NCBI GenBank assembly: GCA_029261065.1
Contig: JAJDCB010000030.1
Location: forward strand, 324,876-388,875
Length of the DNA stretch: 64,000 nt
Source of the DNA: Candidatus Omnitrophota bacterium
GTDB lineage: Bacteria; Omnitrophota; Gorgyraeia; Zapsychrales; Zapsychraceae
Direction: 5' to 3'
In this document: piece by piece, positions 1 to 8,455 of the stretch
Layout of the letters: every line of letters begins with the position of its first letter
How positions within the stretch are numbered: the stretch's first letter is position 1
Position numbers and translations under genes: made by a program
Notes under the pieces: generated by a model
Databases searched by the model: none
What the model saw: only the letters and a program-made list of their open reading frames with translations
What the model was told of the DNA's origin: nothing

Positions 1-663
1 TTTACAAGCACTAATAAAGTCTATGGCGATTTGCCTAATCAGTTGGATCTTAAAGAACAAGACTCGAGATGGGAGCTATCTAACGATCATGAATTTTATG
101 ATGGTATAACAGAGAAAATGAGTATTGATCAATCAACGCATTCTTTGTTTGGGGCATCCAAACTTGCTGCAGATATTTTGGTGCAGGAATATGGCCGGTA
201 TTTTCAAATGAAGACTGCATGTTTTCGAGGAGGGTGTTTAACGGGACCGGCTCATTCGGGTGCGATGCTGCATGGTTTTCTTGCTTATTTAATGAAGTGT
301 TGTTTGACCTCGCAACCATATTCCGTTTTCGGATATAAAGCTAAGCAGGTTCGTGATAACATTCATAGCTATGATTTGATTCAGGCATTTTATGAGTTTT
401 ATAAATCCCCTAAAGAAGGTGAGGTTTATAATATAGGTGGTGGACGTGATAGAAGTATTTCTATGCTTGAGGCGATAGCGATGTGTGAGAAAATTACAGA
501 GAAGAAATTCGATTATAAGGTTGTTGATCAACCAAGAATGGGCGATCATATGTGGTATATCTCGGGTTTATCAAAATTTCAAAATCATTACCCCCAGTGG
601 CAACAAACATTTTCTCTGGAAGATACACTTATTGAGATATGCGAAGAACTTAAAAAAAGATAA
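1..663 (+). CDS. NAD-dependent sugar epimerase/dehydratase (extended SDR), C-terminal part; 5' end truncated by the window edge
   Basis: Frame 1 is open from base 1. Contains the KVYGD and YGASK-type (Y-x3-K) motifs typical of nucleotide-sugar epimerases. Ends TAA at 663. Confidence 0.7.
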   Translation, partial: FTSTNKVYGDLPNQLDLKEQDSRWELSNDHEFYDGITEKMSIDQSTHSLFGASKLAADILVQEYGRYFQMKTACFRGGCLTGPAHSGAMLHGFLAYLMKCCLTSQPYSVFGYKAKQVRDNIHSYDLIQAFYEFYKSPKEGEVYNIGGGRDRSISMLEAIAMCEKITEKKFDYKVVDQPRMGDHMWYISGLSKFQNHYPQWQQTFSLEDTLIEICEELKKR

Positions 664-683
664 CATCTTTCCCACCACAAGTG

Positions 684-1253
684 CTACGAACTTTTTTCCA
701 TCAAAACTTTAATCTTATTTAATAATTTTTGCGCCTCATCGGTATGTACAAGCCGCCGCATACTTAAATAAGTCTGCTCTACATCCTTTTGCTGATCTTT
801 TTTAAAATAGGCTAAAGCAAGGCTGTAATAAGAATCAAAGTAAGCTTTATCTTGTTTTAAAGACGTTCGAAAATGTAGGATGGCTTGATCCAACAATCCT
901 TGATTCAAATAAATTTTTCCAATTGTATGGTAGACTTCTGCAAATTCATACTCTTGTGCTTTTAAATCGACAATAGATTGATAGTGTTTGAGATACAGAT
1001 CCTTGTTTCCTTCCTTTTTAAAAAGATTGCCTAATTGAAAATGGCTAAAAGCATAGGAAGGGTTGTGCTTTAAAGATGTGTCATAAAATTTTTTGGCTTT
1101 CTTAATATTATTTTGTTTTTGTTGATTTTGCGCTAACGCATAATAAAGAGACCCATAGTGCGGGACAGCTCGATTTGTCTCAAGAGTGCGTAATAAAACA
1201 AGGGCGCAAATAAGTAGAAGAGTATATCGATATTCGATCAATAATTTTTTCAT
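684..1253 (-). CDS. TPR-repeat protein with N-terminal signal peptide
   Basis: Hydrophobic N-terminus (LLLICALVLL). Repeated Y/F-rich 34-aa-like helical motifs (YYALAQ, FKKEGN, KIYLNQG). Overlaps the upstream gene by 4 nt. Confidence 0.5.
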   Translation of the reverse strand: MKKLLIEYRYTLLLICALVLLRTLETNRAVPHYGSLYYALAQNQQKQNNIKKAKKFYDTSLKHNPSYAFSHFQLGNLFKKEGNKDLYLKHYQSIVDLKAQEYEFAEVYHTIGKIYLNQGLLDQAILHFRTSLKQDKAYFDSYYSLALAYFKKDQQKDVEQTYLSMRRLVHTDEAQKLLNKIKVLMEKSS

Positions 1254-2674
1254 GTCTTTATGCGGGATGTAAAAAGTTTATCTAAGCTATAAGCAGTTGT
1301 GATAACAAATAATGAAGCAATAGGAAAGCTATAGCGTGGGATGATGGTGCTTAAGGAATAAAGAGCTGTAAACGTGATAATAAAAATGATAAGAAAGGCT
1401 AGAAGTAAAAGTTCTGATTGTTTATTTTCATTGAGGGTAAAATGTGTTTTCAAATTTTGAAACGATACTTTTAATACATAGAAAAAGCCAAGCAGGGAAA
1501 GGCAAAAGGTTAGTAGTCGGATTCCGTTTTTAATTAAGGTGTTGCTAAAAAGTTGCGAAAGCCAAGAGGGATATTTGACACCCCCAATTTGTGTTGATTC
1601 CCAGAATAATATCTTAAAGCTTTCTAAGAAGGTTAATGTTGTATATTTAAACGGATTTTTTAAAATGAGTTCTTTAGAAAGAGAAAACATAATGCCATTC
1701 ATATCTTCTCGACGATAACCTTGGTCATACAGTTCTAATGATTTTAAATGTCCAATGCCAGAATCGGCAAAAGAGGATTGATATTCGCATTCTTCTGGGT
1801 CTGCAAAGCGATTACAAACTCCTTCTCCAGGAATGGAGGTAAGAAAGGCTTTAAGCCTTTTTGATGTCATAGGTTCTACCCGTTTTACAGTTTTTGCATA
1901 CAAAATCCAGGCGCCTCGATCTGTGAAGGCAAAATTGTTGTTGTATTTTTGATTTAAGGATTTAATGGAATAGGTAAAAGAGTTTATGAGTCCTAATGTG
2001 ATAAATAAAAAGATAATGCCTTTTTTAAAAATGACATAATTTTTCTTAAAGAGGGACACAAGTAAAAGAATATAAAAGGGGCAAAGAAAAACAAGAATTT
2101 GATATTCGAAAATGGCTTTTGAGGAGATAAGGAGTATATAGAGAAACGCGAATAGAAGGCTGTTTCTAATAACAGATGCGGTGGAGTCGTTGTGAATAGA
2201 TTGCCATATTTTTGGGCTTATCAAGACAATAGCTAAGACAAGAGGATATGTAATGATTTCAGAGAATAAACTAAAGGTCGAGTTAATAAGAGCGGGAGAA
2301 AATCCAAGCATAATAATTGATAAAGCTTGAAAAGACGTTTTGACTTTAAGTGTGCGTAATATTTTGAGAGTCAGTATTTGAGTGACAAATAATATGATGA
2401 TTTGCATGATTTTTTGGACAGGAATATAAGAGGTGTGAAAAATGTCAGAGATAAACATAGAGAAGGCAACTAAGCATGGATACAAGGGTTCTCTATTTGG
2501 TCCTGTTTCAAAATATTTAACCCAGCCCTCTTTATAAATCATTTTTCCTAGGTCTTCATATCCGACAGCGTCAAAGATGATTTGCATCTCAGCGGTGAAG
2601 AAGAGGTAGGTCCAGTACAGGAAGCAGAGGGCGAAGGCCGGAAGGATGTTGGATTTGAGTAGGTGTTTGAGCAT
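1250..2674 (-). CDS. polytopic inner-membrane protein with a central soluble loop; possible glycosyltransferase or polymerase-like envelope protein
   Basis: At least 8 predicted TM helices with a soluble domain of about 130 aa between them. Start placed at the internal ATG (MLKHLL...) because the longer ORF start at 2716 lies inside a palindromic repeat. Confidence 0.45.
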   Translation of the reverse strand: MLKHLLKSNILPAFALCFLYWTYLFFTAEMQIIFDAVGYEDLGKMIYKEGWVKYFETGPNREPLYPCLVAFSMFISDIFHTSYIPVQKIMQIIILFVTQILTLKILRTLKVKTSFQALSIIMLGFSPALINSTFSLFSEIITYPLVLAIVLISPKIWQSIHNDSTASVIRNSLLFAFLYILLISSKAIFEYQILVFLCPFYILLLVSLFKKNYVIFKKGIIFLFITLGLINSFTYSIKSLNQKYNNNFAFTDRGAWILYAKTVKRVEPMTSKRLKAFLTSIPGEGVCNRFADPEECEYQSSFADSGIGHLKSLELYDQGYRREDMNGIMFSLSKELILKNPFKYTTLTFLESFKILFWESTQIGGVKYPSWLSQLFSNTLIKNGIRLLTFCLSLLGFFYVLKVSFQNLKTHFTLNENKQSELLLLAFLIIFIITFTALYSLSTIIPRYSFPIASLFVITTAYSLDKLFTSRIKT

Positions 2675-2690
2675 GTTTTTACTATTACGA

Positions 2691-2774
2691 GATCCCCGCT
2701 TTCGCGGGGATGACAATTATTATGTCATCTTTGTATGACTTCTACCGGTGTCATCCCCGCGGAAGCGGGGATTC
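2691..2774. repeat. pair of inverted dRS3-like palindromic units (GATCCCCGC-N4-GCGGGGATGACA and its complement)
   Basis: Seen directly. Two about 25-bp units in opposite orientation separated by about 33 bp. Same family as the units at 6400, 22918 and 23685. Confidence 0.7.
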
Positions 2775-2878
2775 GTGAGAGGTTATTAGTCTCAAGCGTT
2801 TCCTCCATTCAGCGAGGACGACATGGTTATACTAACGCAAAACCTCATTCATATCAAACACATCCACTCAAAATTTTC

Positions 2879-2907
2879 TTGACAGATATTTAAGCTTCAT
2901 CTATAGT
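2879..2907 (+). promoter_or_regulatory. sigma70-type promoter (TTGACA-17 bp-TATAGT) driving the B12 riboswitch leader
   Basis: TTGACA at 2879-2884, 17-nt spacer, TATAGT at 2902-2907. Confidence 0.5.
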
Positions 2908-2929
2908 TAGCGCGTTGTCTTGCTCTTTA

Positions 2930-3130
2930 GATGTCAATTATTCTATTTTGGTCCTCGTAATGTGTCAGAGCAAAGAGGATAAAAGGAAATCCTGTGAAAG
3001 TCAGGAGCAGTCCCGCTACTGTAACTTGTGATATTTTTACAAGAAGTCAGAACACTGCCAAAATAGTTATTCAGTATTTCTCGCGTGAGACGAGGGTTAT
3101 TGAGCATATATTTTGGGAATAAGAAAGAGG
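2930..3130 (+). promoter_or_regulatory. cobalamin (adenosylcobalamin) riboswitch aptamer
   Basis: AAGGAAATCCTGTGAAAGTCAGGAGCAGTCCCGCTACTGTAAC matches the cobalamin-riboswitch core consensus, including a B12-box-like CCCGCtACTGTAA (GGTGAAAnTCC...GAGC.G.CCCGCCACTGTAA in the consensus). A second ACACTGCCA element lies downstream. It sits upstream of a BtuB-like receptor. Confidence 0.6.
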
Positions 3131-3134
3131 GTGC

Positions 3135-3172
3135 CTCCCAATCGATTTTATAATCGATTGGGAGTTTTTTTT
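3135..3172 (+). terminator. intrinsic terminator, expression platform of the riboswitch
   Basis: Perfect 12-bp stem CTCCCAATCGAT / ATCGATTGGGAG followed by T8. Confidence 0.65.
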
Positions 3173-3175
3173 GTG

Positions 3176-3258
3176 CACGTTTTTTTGCACAAAAATAAAC
3201 GAGTTTTTTCTGCGCGTTTTTCAGCACAAAAATAAACGAGTTTTTTTTGCCCGCAAAA
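3176..3258 (+). repeat. two direct copies of a 24-bp imperfect palindrome (GCACAAAAATAAACGAGTTTTTT) between the terminator and the btuB start
   Basis: Seen directly. Each copy contains CGTTTTT-N6-AAAAATAAACG dyad symmetry. Possible operator. Confidence 0.4.
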
Positions 3259-3268
3259 AAAGGATTCA

Positions 3269-5263
3269 ATGAAAAGATATGTCTTAAGTGTTTTAGTAGC
3301 AACAGTTTTTGTTTTAAATGCGTATAGGGTTGAAGCAAAATTAATAACAGAACATGATGAGGTCGTTGTCACAGCAACACGCATTGCTCAATCGAATTAT
3401 AAGATTGCAAGCAACGTCACGGTTCTGACCGCGGAACAAATTCAGGCGTCGCCCGCGCAAAATTTGGCTGACATCTTAGAAGAAGCGGTGGGTGTTTTTG
3501 TAACAGATAATAGTACCTTAAGATCAAAGGTTATCGATATTCGTGGATTCGGTGATACGGCAACACGAAATGTCTTGGTGTTAATTGATGGCAGACGTGT
3601 CAACGCAATTGACATCTCTGCTCCAGACCTTACTCAAATTCCGTTAGAGGCCATTGAGCGTATCGAAATTATTCGAGGAGCTGGTTCTGTTCTCTATGGA
3701 GATAATGCGGTAGGGGGTGTTGTTAACATCATTACAAAACAAGGGGAAGGTGAGTTCTCTGGATATGTAGGGGGCACACATGGAAATTATGATGCGCGTA
3801 GTACGGACATGGAAGTGTCCGGTGAGAAAAACAATGTTTCTTATTATTTTTTCTCTAAGTATAACGATCAGCGCGGTTATCGTAAGAATAGTGATTTGTT
3901 AGCTAAGGATTTTAGTTCACGTTTAGGCTACGACTTTACCGATACTATTAAAACGGATTTAAGTGTTGGTTATCATAAGGATGTCCAAGAGTTACCCGGG
4001 GGCTTAAGTGGTCCAAACTTAACAACATTGGGTCGACGAGGATCAGCATCTAATAATGATACATCTTCAAGCACCGATCGTTATGTAAAATTGACATTGG
4101 ACGTGGAACCCTGGCCAGAAGATGAAACATTAGGGGAGATCGTTGTTGATTTTTATTATCGCAATCGCGATGTTTATACAGAGTTTAACTCTTTTAGTTC
4201 TTTTCATACCAAGCGATCTTTGGACACCAAAGGCCTTAGCGCTAAATACATCTTTGATCGTACCATTTTTGAGAAGGAAGTTAATTTTGTAACAGGTATC
4301 GATTATTATGAACATGAAAATGATATCTTAGGAAGTGGAACAAATCCGGATGATTTAACCATTTCTAAAGATGAATACGGTATTTATGGATTTTTGCAGT
4401 ATGAATTAATGGATGATGTCTTTATTAATGGAGGAACCCGTTATCATAAAGCGGATTATACGTTTAATCAGAGAAACCTAATGACGGAAAGTGATCGTGA
4501 TCCAGATGATTGGGTCTCTATGGTCGGTGCGAAATGGGAATATGCGAAAGGTTCTAGTATTCATATGAATGCGCAACAAACATTTCGTTTTCCAACAACA
4601 GATGAATGGTATAGTTCCTTTTCTGGAACACTTAATACCGCTTTGGATCCTCAATCGGGCATTCAATATGAGGCTGGCATCAAACATAATTTTGATGATA
4701 TCGCTATTGTGAGTGTCACTCCTTATTATATTTTAATGGATGACGAAATATTTTTTGATCCCGTCACATTCGCCAATGGTAATCTAGACAAAACGCGACG
4801 GATTGGTGTTGAGTTTAGTAAAAAGGTGGATTTACTTAGTATTTTTGAGTTAGATATTCTTGATAAACTTGAATACTTTGCTAATTATACATTTCAGAAT
4901 CCAGAGTTTATAAGGGGAGCGAATAAGGGGAAAGATGTCCCATTGGTTCCTCGTCAACAAGCAGGAACGGGACTTATTGTCGGGTTTAATGACCATGTCA
5001 CTGTTTCGTTATTAGGAACTTATATTGGGTCACGCTTTGCTATCAATGACACCGCTAATGCCACGACACCAGCTAAACCTTATTTCATTTTTGATGGAAA
5101 GGTTTCCTACAAGTTAAAACATCTTGAGGTCTTTGGTTCCGTCAACAACATCACTAATGTGTTATATTCTCCATTTGTTGTTAAGTCAGCGTTTAGTTCA
5201 ACCAAAAACTTTTTTCCAGCTCCTGAACGGAATTTTACGGCTGGAGTGAAGTTTAGGTTTTAA
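3269..5263 (+). CDS. btuB: TonB-dependent outer-membrane receptor, BtuB-like (vitamin B12/corrinoid)
   Basis: Signal peptide. TonB box DEVVVTATR. Plug-domain motifs VLVLIDGRRVN and GGVVNIIT are close to E. coli BtuB. C-terminal aromatic residue (RF). Sits downstream of the B12 riboswitch. Confidence 0.75.
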   Translation: MKRYVLSVLVATVFVLNAYRVEAKLITEHDEVVVTATRIAQSNYKIASNVTVLTAEQIQASPAQNLADILEEAVGVFVTDNSTLRSKVIDIRGFGDTATRNVLVLIDGRRVNAIDISAPDLTQIPLEAIERIEIIRGAGSVLYGDNAVGGVVNIITKQGEGEFSGYVGGTHGNYDARSTDMEVSGEKNNVSYYFFSKYNDQRGYRKNSDLLAKDFSSRLGYDFTDTIKTDLSVGYHKDVQELPGGLSGPNLTTLGRRGSASNNDTSSSTDRYVKLTLDVEPWPEDETLGEIVVDFYYRNRDVYTEFNSFSSFHTKRSLDTKGLSAKYIFDRTIFEKEVNFVTGIDYYEHENDILGSGTNPDDLTISKDEYGIYGFLQYELMDDVFINGGTRYHKADYTFNQRNLMTESDRDPDDWVSMVGAKWEYAKGSSIHMNAQQTFRFPTTDEWYSSFSGTLNTALDPQSGIQYEAGIKHNFDDIAIVSVTPYYILMDDEIFFDPVTFANGNLDKTRRIGVEFSKKVDLLSIFELDILDKLEYFANYTFQNPEFIRGANKGKDVPLVPRQQAGTGLIVGFNDHVTVSLLGTYIGSRFAINDTANATTPAKPYFIFDGKVSYKLKHLEVFGSVNNITNVLYSPFVVKSAFSSTKNFFPAPERNFTAGVKFRF

Positions 5264-5274
5264 TTTGAAGGCAC

Positions 5275-5420
5275 GAGCATCGATTGGTGGTCATTAGCAA
5301 GAGCACTGATTAGTGGTCGCTTCAAGACCACCGATTAGTGGTCACTAGCAAGATCACCGATTGGTGGTCGCTAGCAAGAGCACTGATTGGTGTTCGCTTC
5401 AAGACCACCAATTGGTGATC
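5275..5420. repeat. tandem array of about 6 copies of a 26-bp unit (CACYGATTRGTGGTCRCTWSCAAGAS), each with a short palindrome (CACCGATTGGTG)
   Basis: Seen directly, immediately downstream of the btuB stop. Confidence 0.7.
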
Positions 5421-5424
5421 TTTT

Positions 5425-5447
5425 AATACGCATACCCATGGTATAAT
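5425..5447 (+). promoter_or_regulatory. candidate extended -10 promoter (TGGTATAAT)
   Basis: TGnTATAAT at 5438-5446 with a weak -35. Would give a leader of about 170 nt for the following gene. Confidence 0.3.
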
Positions 5448-5625
5448 CAATGCAACCCCATCAGCACACAAACAAAATTTGTATAGAAAAAGGCGATACT
5501 TATTTGGATTTAGATGGCAGGACTGTTTTTACAGAACAATATCTTTTAAAGCGTGGATACTGTTGTGAGAATAACTGCCGACACTGTCCTTATGGGTTTA
5601 GGCTTGATACATTTAAGGAGGCGTC

Positions 5626-6363
5626 ATGAACGCTGTTTTAAATTGGAGTGGGGGGAAAGATTCTTCTTTAACGTTACATTATTTAAATCAATCCAAAGAA
5701 TACGATGTGAAGTATTTATTGACGTCGGTCAGTAGTCAATATCAGCGTATTTCTATGCATGGGGTTCGTATCGAACTTCTTAAAACACAAGCTAAGAGTC
5801 TTGGCATTCCGTTGCGTATTATAGAGATGCCTGAGGAGCCAACCATGACGGAATATGATGCGTTGATGCGGCAGACTTTGGGCGTTTTTAAAAGAGAGGG
5901 GATTCGTCATTCTATTTTTGGTGATATTTTTTTGGAAGACTTAAAGAAATATAGAGAAGATCAATTGGCCAAGGTTGATTTTAAAGGCGTATTTCCTCTA
6001 TGGCTTAAATCAACACAGGAATTGGTCAAAGAGTTTATAGATTTAGGTTTTAAGGCTGTACTCGTGTGTGTGAATGAAAAGTTTTTGGATCAATCTTTTG
6101 TTGGACGGATCATTGATCACAGGTTTGTGAAAGATCTTCCCGCAAACGTTGATCCGTGTGGTGAAAATGGAGAGTTTCATACTTTTGTTTACGACGGCCC
6201 CATTTTTAAGGCACCTATTTCTTTTGAAAAGGGAGAGGTTGTTTATCGCAAATACAAAATGCGTGAATCTGATAATGAAGCTATGGATCAAGTTTGTCCA
6301 AGTTCGAAGGAATTAAAAATCCATACGGGTTTTTGGTATTGTGATTTGTTGCCTAGTGAATAA
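5626..6363 (+). CDS. Dph6/MJ0570-family PP-loop ATP pyrophosphatase (adenine-nucleotide alpha-hydrolase fold)
   Basis: N-terminal SGGKDS PP-loop (NWSGGKDSSL). Length of about 245 aa is typical of the MJ0570/diphthine-ammonia-ligase-like family. Strong RBS AAGGAGG 6 nt upstream. Confidence 0.65.
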   Translation: MNAVLNWSGGKDSSLTLHYLNQSKEYDVKYLLTSVSSQYQRISMHGVRIELLKTQAKSLGIPLRIIEMPEEPTMTEYDALMRQTLGVFKREGIRHSIFGDIFLEDLKKYREDQLAKVDFKGVFPLWLKSTQELVKEFIDLGFKAVLVCVNEKFLDQSFVGRIIDHRFVKDLPANVDPCGENGEFHTFVYDGPIFKAPISFEKGEVVYRKYKMRESDNEAMDQVCPSSKELKIHTGFWYCDLLPSE

Positions 6364-6399
6364 AAGAATGATTCAAAGTGTGTTATTCTAGAATCAACT

Positions 6400-6500
6400 G
6401 GATTCCCGATGTCTCGGGAATGACAAGTGTACTTGAACACTGGATTCCTGATGATTCAGGAATGACAGGACACCTTGTCATTCCCGCAAAAGCGGGAATC
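6400..6500. repeat. three dRS3-like units (GGATTCC-N-GGAATGACA, two direct and one inverted)
   Basis: Seen directly. ATTCCC/ATTCCT-N8-GGGAAT cores. Confidence 0.7.
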
Positions 6501-6535
6501 TACTTTGTTAATTTAATTGTGAAGAAGTAATCAAC

Positions 6536-7450
6536 ATGAAAAAACAAATCGCCGCTATTTTTTTACTTTTTGTCGTCACTGCGCTATTTTTCTCGCCAAA
6601 AAGTTTGTGTCAAACACAACTAGATGTACCGAGTTCTCATCAACGTATTATCTCGTTATCTCCATCGATTACCGAAATTCTTTACGCTCTTGGGGCTGGC
6701 GACCAAGTTGTTGGGGTTACGCGTTTTTGCAATTTTCCTCCTGAGGCTAAAGATAAACCAAAAGTAGGAGGGCTTCTTGATACTAGTTTCGAATTCATTT
6801 ATCGTCTTAAACCGGATCTTGTGTTGTTGCAAAAAGGTGAGATGGGCCAAAAGATGAAATTGGAACAAATGGGTGTGAAAACTGTGGAAACGAAAACGAA
6901 AAGCATTGAGAGCATTTTAGAATCGATTAAGCTGATTGGTGATCTTTTATCGAAGACGTCAGAGGCGAAGGCTATTATTAATCGTATTGAAAAGCGCGTC
7001 TCTTTCATTGAAACACAAACCCAAGGATTAAAGCCTCCTCGTGTTTTAATCACCTTCTCGCGTCATTTTGGGAAAAGAACCATTGAACAAGTTTACATCG
7101 CCGGTCAAGATACGTTTTTTGCAGATCTTTTAAGAGTCTCTGGGGGGAAAAACGCTTATGAGGGAACAGAATTTGTTACAAGTCCGTTAGTCTCCGCGGA
7201 GGGAATATTAAGAATGAATCCCGATATTATTATCGAGATTATGTCTAGTTTAGATGATTTGGGATTAACCCAAGAGGACGTATTAAAAGATTGGGAGAGT
7301 TTAAATCATTTGGATGCTTACAAAAATGAAAAGATATTTATTATCACAGATTCATTCATTGGTATTCCAGGACCCCGGATTGATCAATCTCTAGATGCGT
7401 TTGTACGCATTCTACATTCAGAGGTTGATTGGGAAGGTTTAGATGATTGA
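6536..7450 (+). CDS. btuF: periplasmic substrate-binding protein of a BtuF/HmuT-type (TroA-like) ABC importer
   Basis: Signal peptide. Motif RIISLSPSITEILYALGAGDQVVGVT is typical of cobalamin/heme/siderophore binding proteins. Genomic context with btuB and the riboswitch. Confidence 0.7.
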   Translation: MKKQIAAIFLLFVVTALFFSPKSLCQTQLDVPSSHQRIISLSPSITEILYALGAGDQVVGVTRFCNFPPEAKDKPKVGGLLDTSFEFIYRLKPDLVLLQKGEMGQKMKLEQMGVKTVETKTKSIESILESIKLIGDLLSKTSEAKAIINRIEKRVSFIETQTQGLKPPRVLITFSRHFGKRTIEQVYIAGQDTFFADLLRVSGGKNAYEGTEFVTSPLVSAEGILRMNPDIIIEIMSSLDDLGLTQEDVLKDWESLNHLDAYKNEKIFIITDSFIGIPGPRIDQSLDAFVRILHSEVDWEGLDD

Positions 7451-7460
7451 GGGTTTTAGA

Positions 7461-7642
7461 GCAAGAATAACCAAGTTACAAGAGACAAGGTACAAAAAAG
7501 AAACAAAAATCAATAACCAATTAACCAAACAGTTTGATTATTGGGTTATTGTGAATTGGTTATTTTTTGCCTTTGCGTCTAGAGACGCAGGTCACGGCCA
7601 AAGGCCGTGATATCTTGTACCTTGTAACTTGGTTATTCTTGC
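7461..7642. mobile_element. MITE-like element, copy A (182 bp) with perfect 22-bp terminal inverted repeats GCAAGAATAACCAAGTTACAAG
   Basis: Seen directly. Internal palindromes GCGTCTAGAGACGC and CACGGCCAAAGGCCGTG. Homologous copies at 15320, 41793 and 53507. Confidence 0.75.
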
Positions 7643-7665
7643 TCGTTATTCAAACTAGGATAATT

Positions 7666-8454
7666 ATGACAAATAATGTCGTTGAGTTTAATAATTTTTC
7701 ATTTTCATATGGATCCTCGCCCATTCTTCATCAGATCAATTTAAATGTGAAAGTTGGTCAGTATGTCTCTGTGATTGGCCCTAATGGTGCGGGGAAGTCT
7801 ACGCTTTTAAAGAATATCAATCGGATTGTCAAAGGTGGGACGGGGGAGGTTTTGCTTTTTGGAAAAGAATTGGCGCGTTATAAACAAAAAGACATTGGAC
7901 GATTAGTGGGTTATGTTCAACAGGCCCGTGATCGTATTTATTCTTACCGGGTTTTCGATTTTGTGCTCATGGGACGTTATCCGTATTTAAATCCCCTTTC
8001 TCGTGTGTCCTCTAAAGATAAAGATGTTGTTCATCACATGCTTGATGTTATGGGGATAGCCTCCTTTGCCAATCGTGATATGAACACGTTAAGTGGTGGG
8101 GAGCGGCAAAAGGTTTATTTGGCAGCCGCCCTTGCTCAAGAACCTAAACTGCTCCTCTTAGATGAACCCACGACGTATCTGGATCCAAAATATGAGGTTG
8201 AAATTCAAAAAACCATTTCAAAGACAACTAAAAGATTAGGCATATCCGTCATGCATGTCACGCATGATTTAAATCATATTTATCATTGGAGCCAACATGT
8301 CGTTGCAATGAAAGAAGGGCGCATTTTATTTCAGGGAAAAGCTCAAGATGTTTTAACGGAGTCGCATCTCAAAGATATATTTGATACGGAATTTCATTTG
8401 ATGAAGGATCCTGATTCAGGAAAAATAGTGATTGTTACGAAGGTGGGTGTGTAA
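7666..8454 (+). CDS. btuD: ABC importer ATP-binding protein (BtuD/FhuC-like)
   Basis: Walker A GPNGAGKST, signature LSGGERQ, Walker B LLLLDEPT. Start moved to the ATG at 7666 (RBS AGGA) because the longer ORF starts inside the MITE. Confidence 0.8.
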   Translation: MTNNVVEFNNFSFSYGSSPILHQINLNVKVGQYVSVIGPNGAGKSTLLKNINRIVKGGTGEVLLFGKELARYKQKDIGRLVGYVQQARDRIYSYRVFDFVLMGRYPYLNPLSRVSSKDKDVVHHMLDVMGIASFANRDMNTLSGGERQKVYLAAALAQEPKLLLLDEPTTYLDPKYEVEIQKTISKTTKRLGISVMHVTHDLNHIYHWSQHVVAMKEGRILFQGKAQDVLTESHLKDIFDTEFHLMKDPDSGKIVIVTKVGV

Positions 8455-8455
8455 A

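Noticed and set aside
2943-3384. Minus-strand ORFs of 131 and 78 aa overlapping the riboswitch/leader region
   Set aside because: They cover a region with promoter, riboswitch and terminator signals on the + strand. Sequences are low-complexity (K/L-rich) with no RBS, so they are most likely spurious.
5275-5420. Possible CRISPR array
   Set aside because: Units are directly abutting with no unique spacers, and no cas genes are in the window.
5553-5735. 60-aa + strand ORF overlapping the start of the PP-loop ATPase gene
   Set aside because: It overlaps a well-supported gene (strong RBS, PP-loop motif) in another frame. No support.
7567-7665. Longer N-terminal extension of the ABC ATPase gene (start at 7567)
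   Set aside because: The extension lies entirely within the MITE copy and has no RBS. The ATG at 7666 with an AGGA RBS gives a canonical N-terminus.
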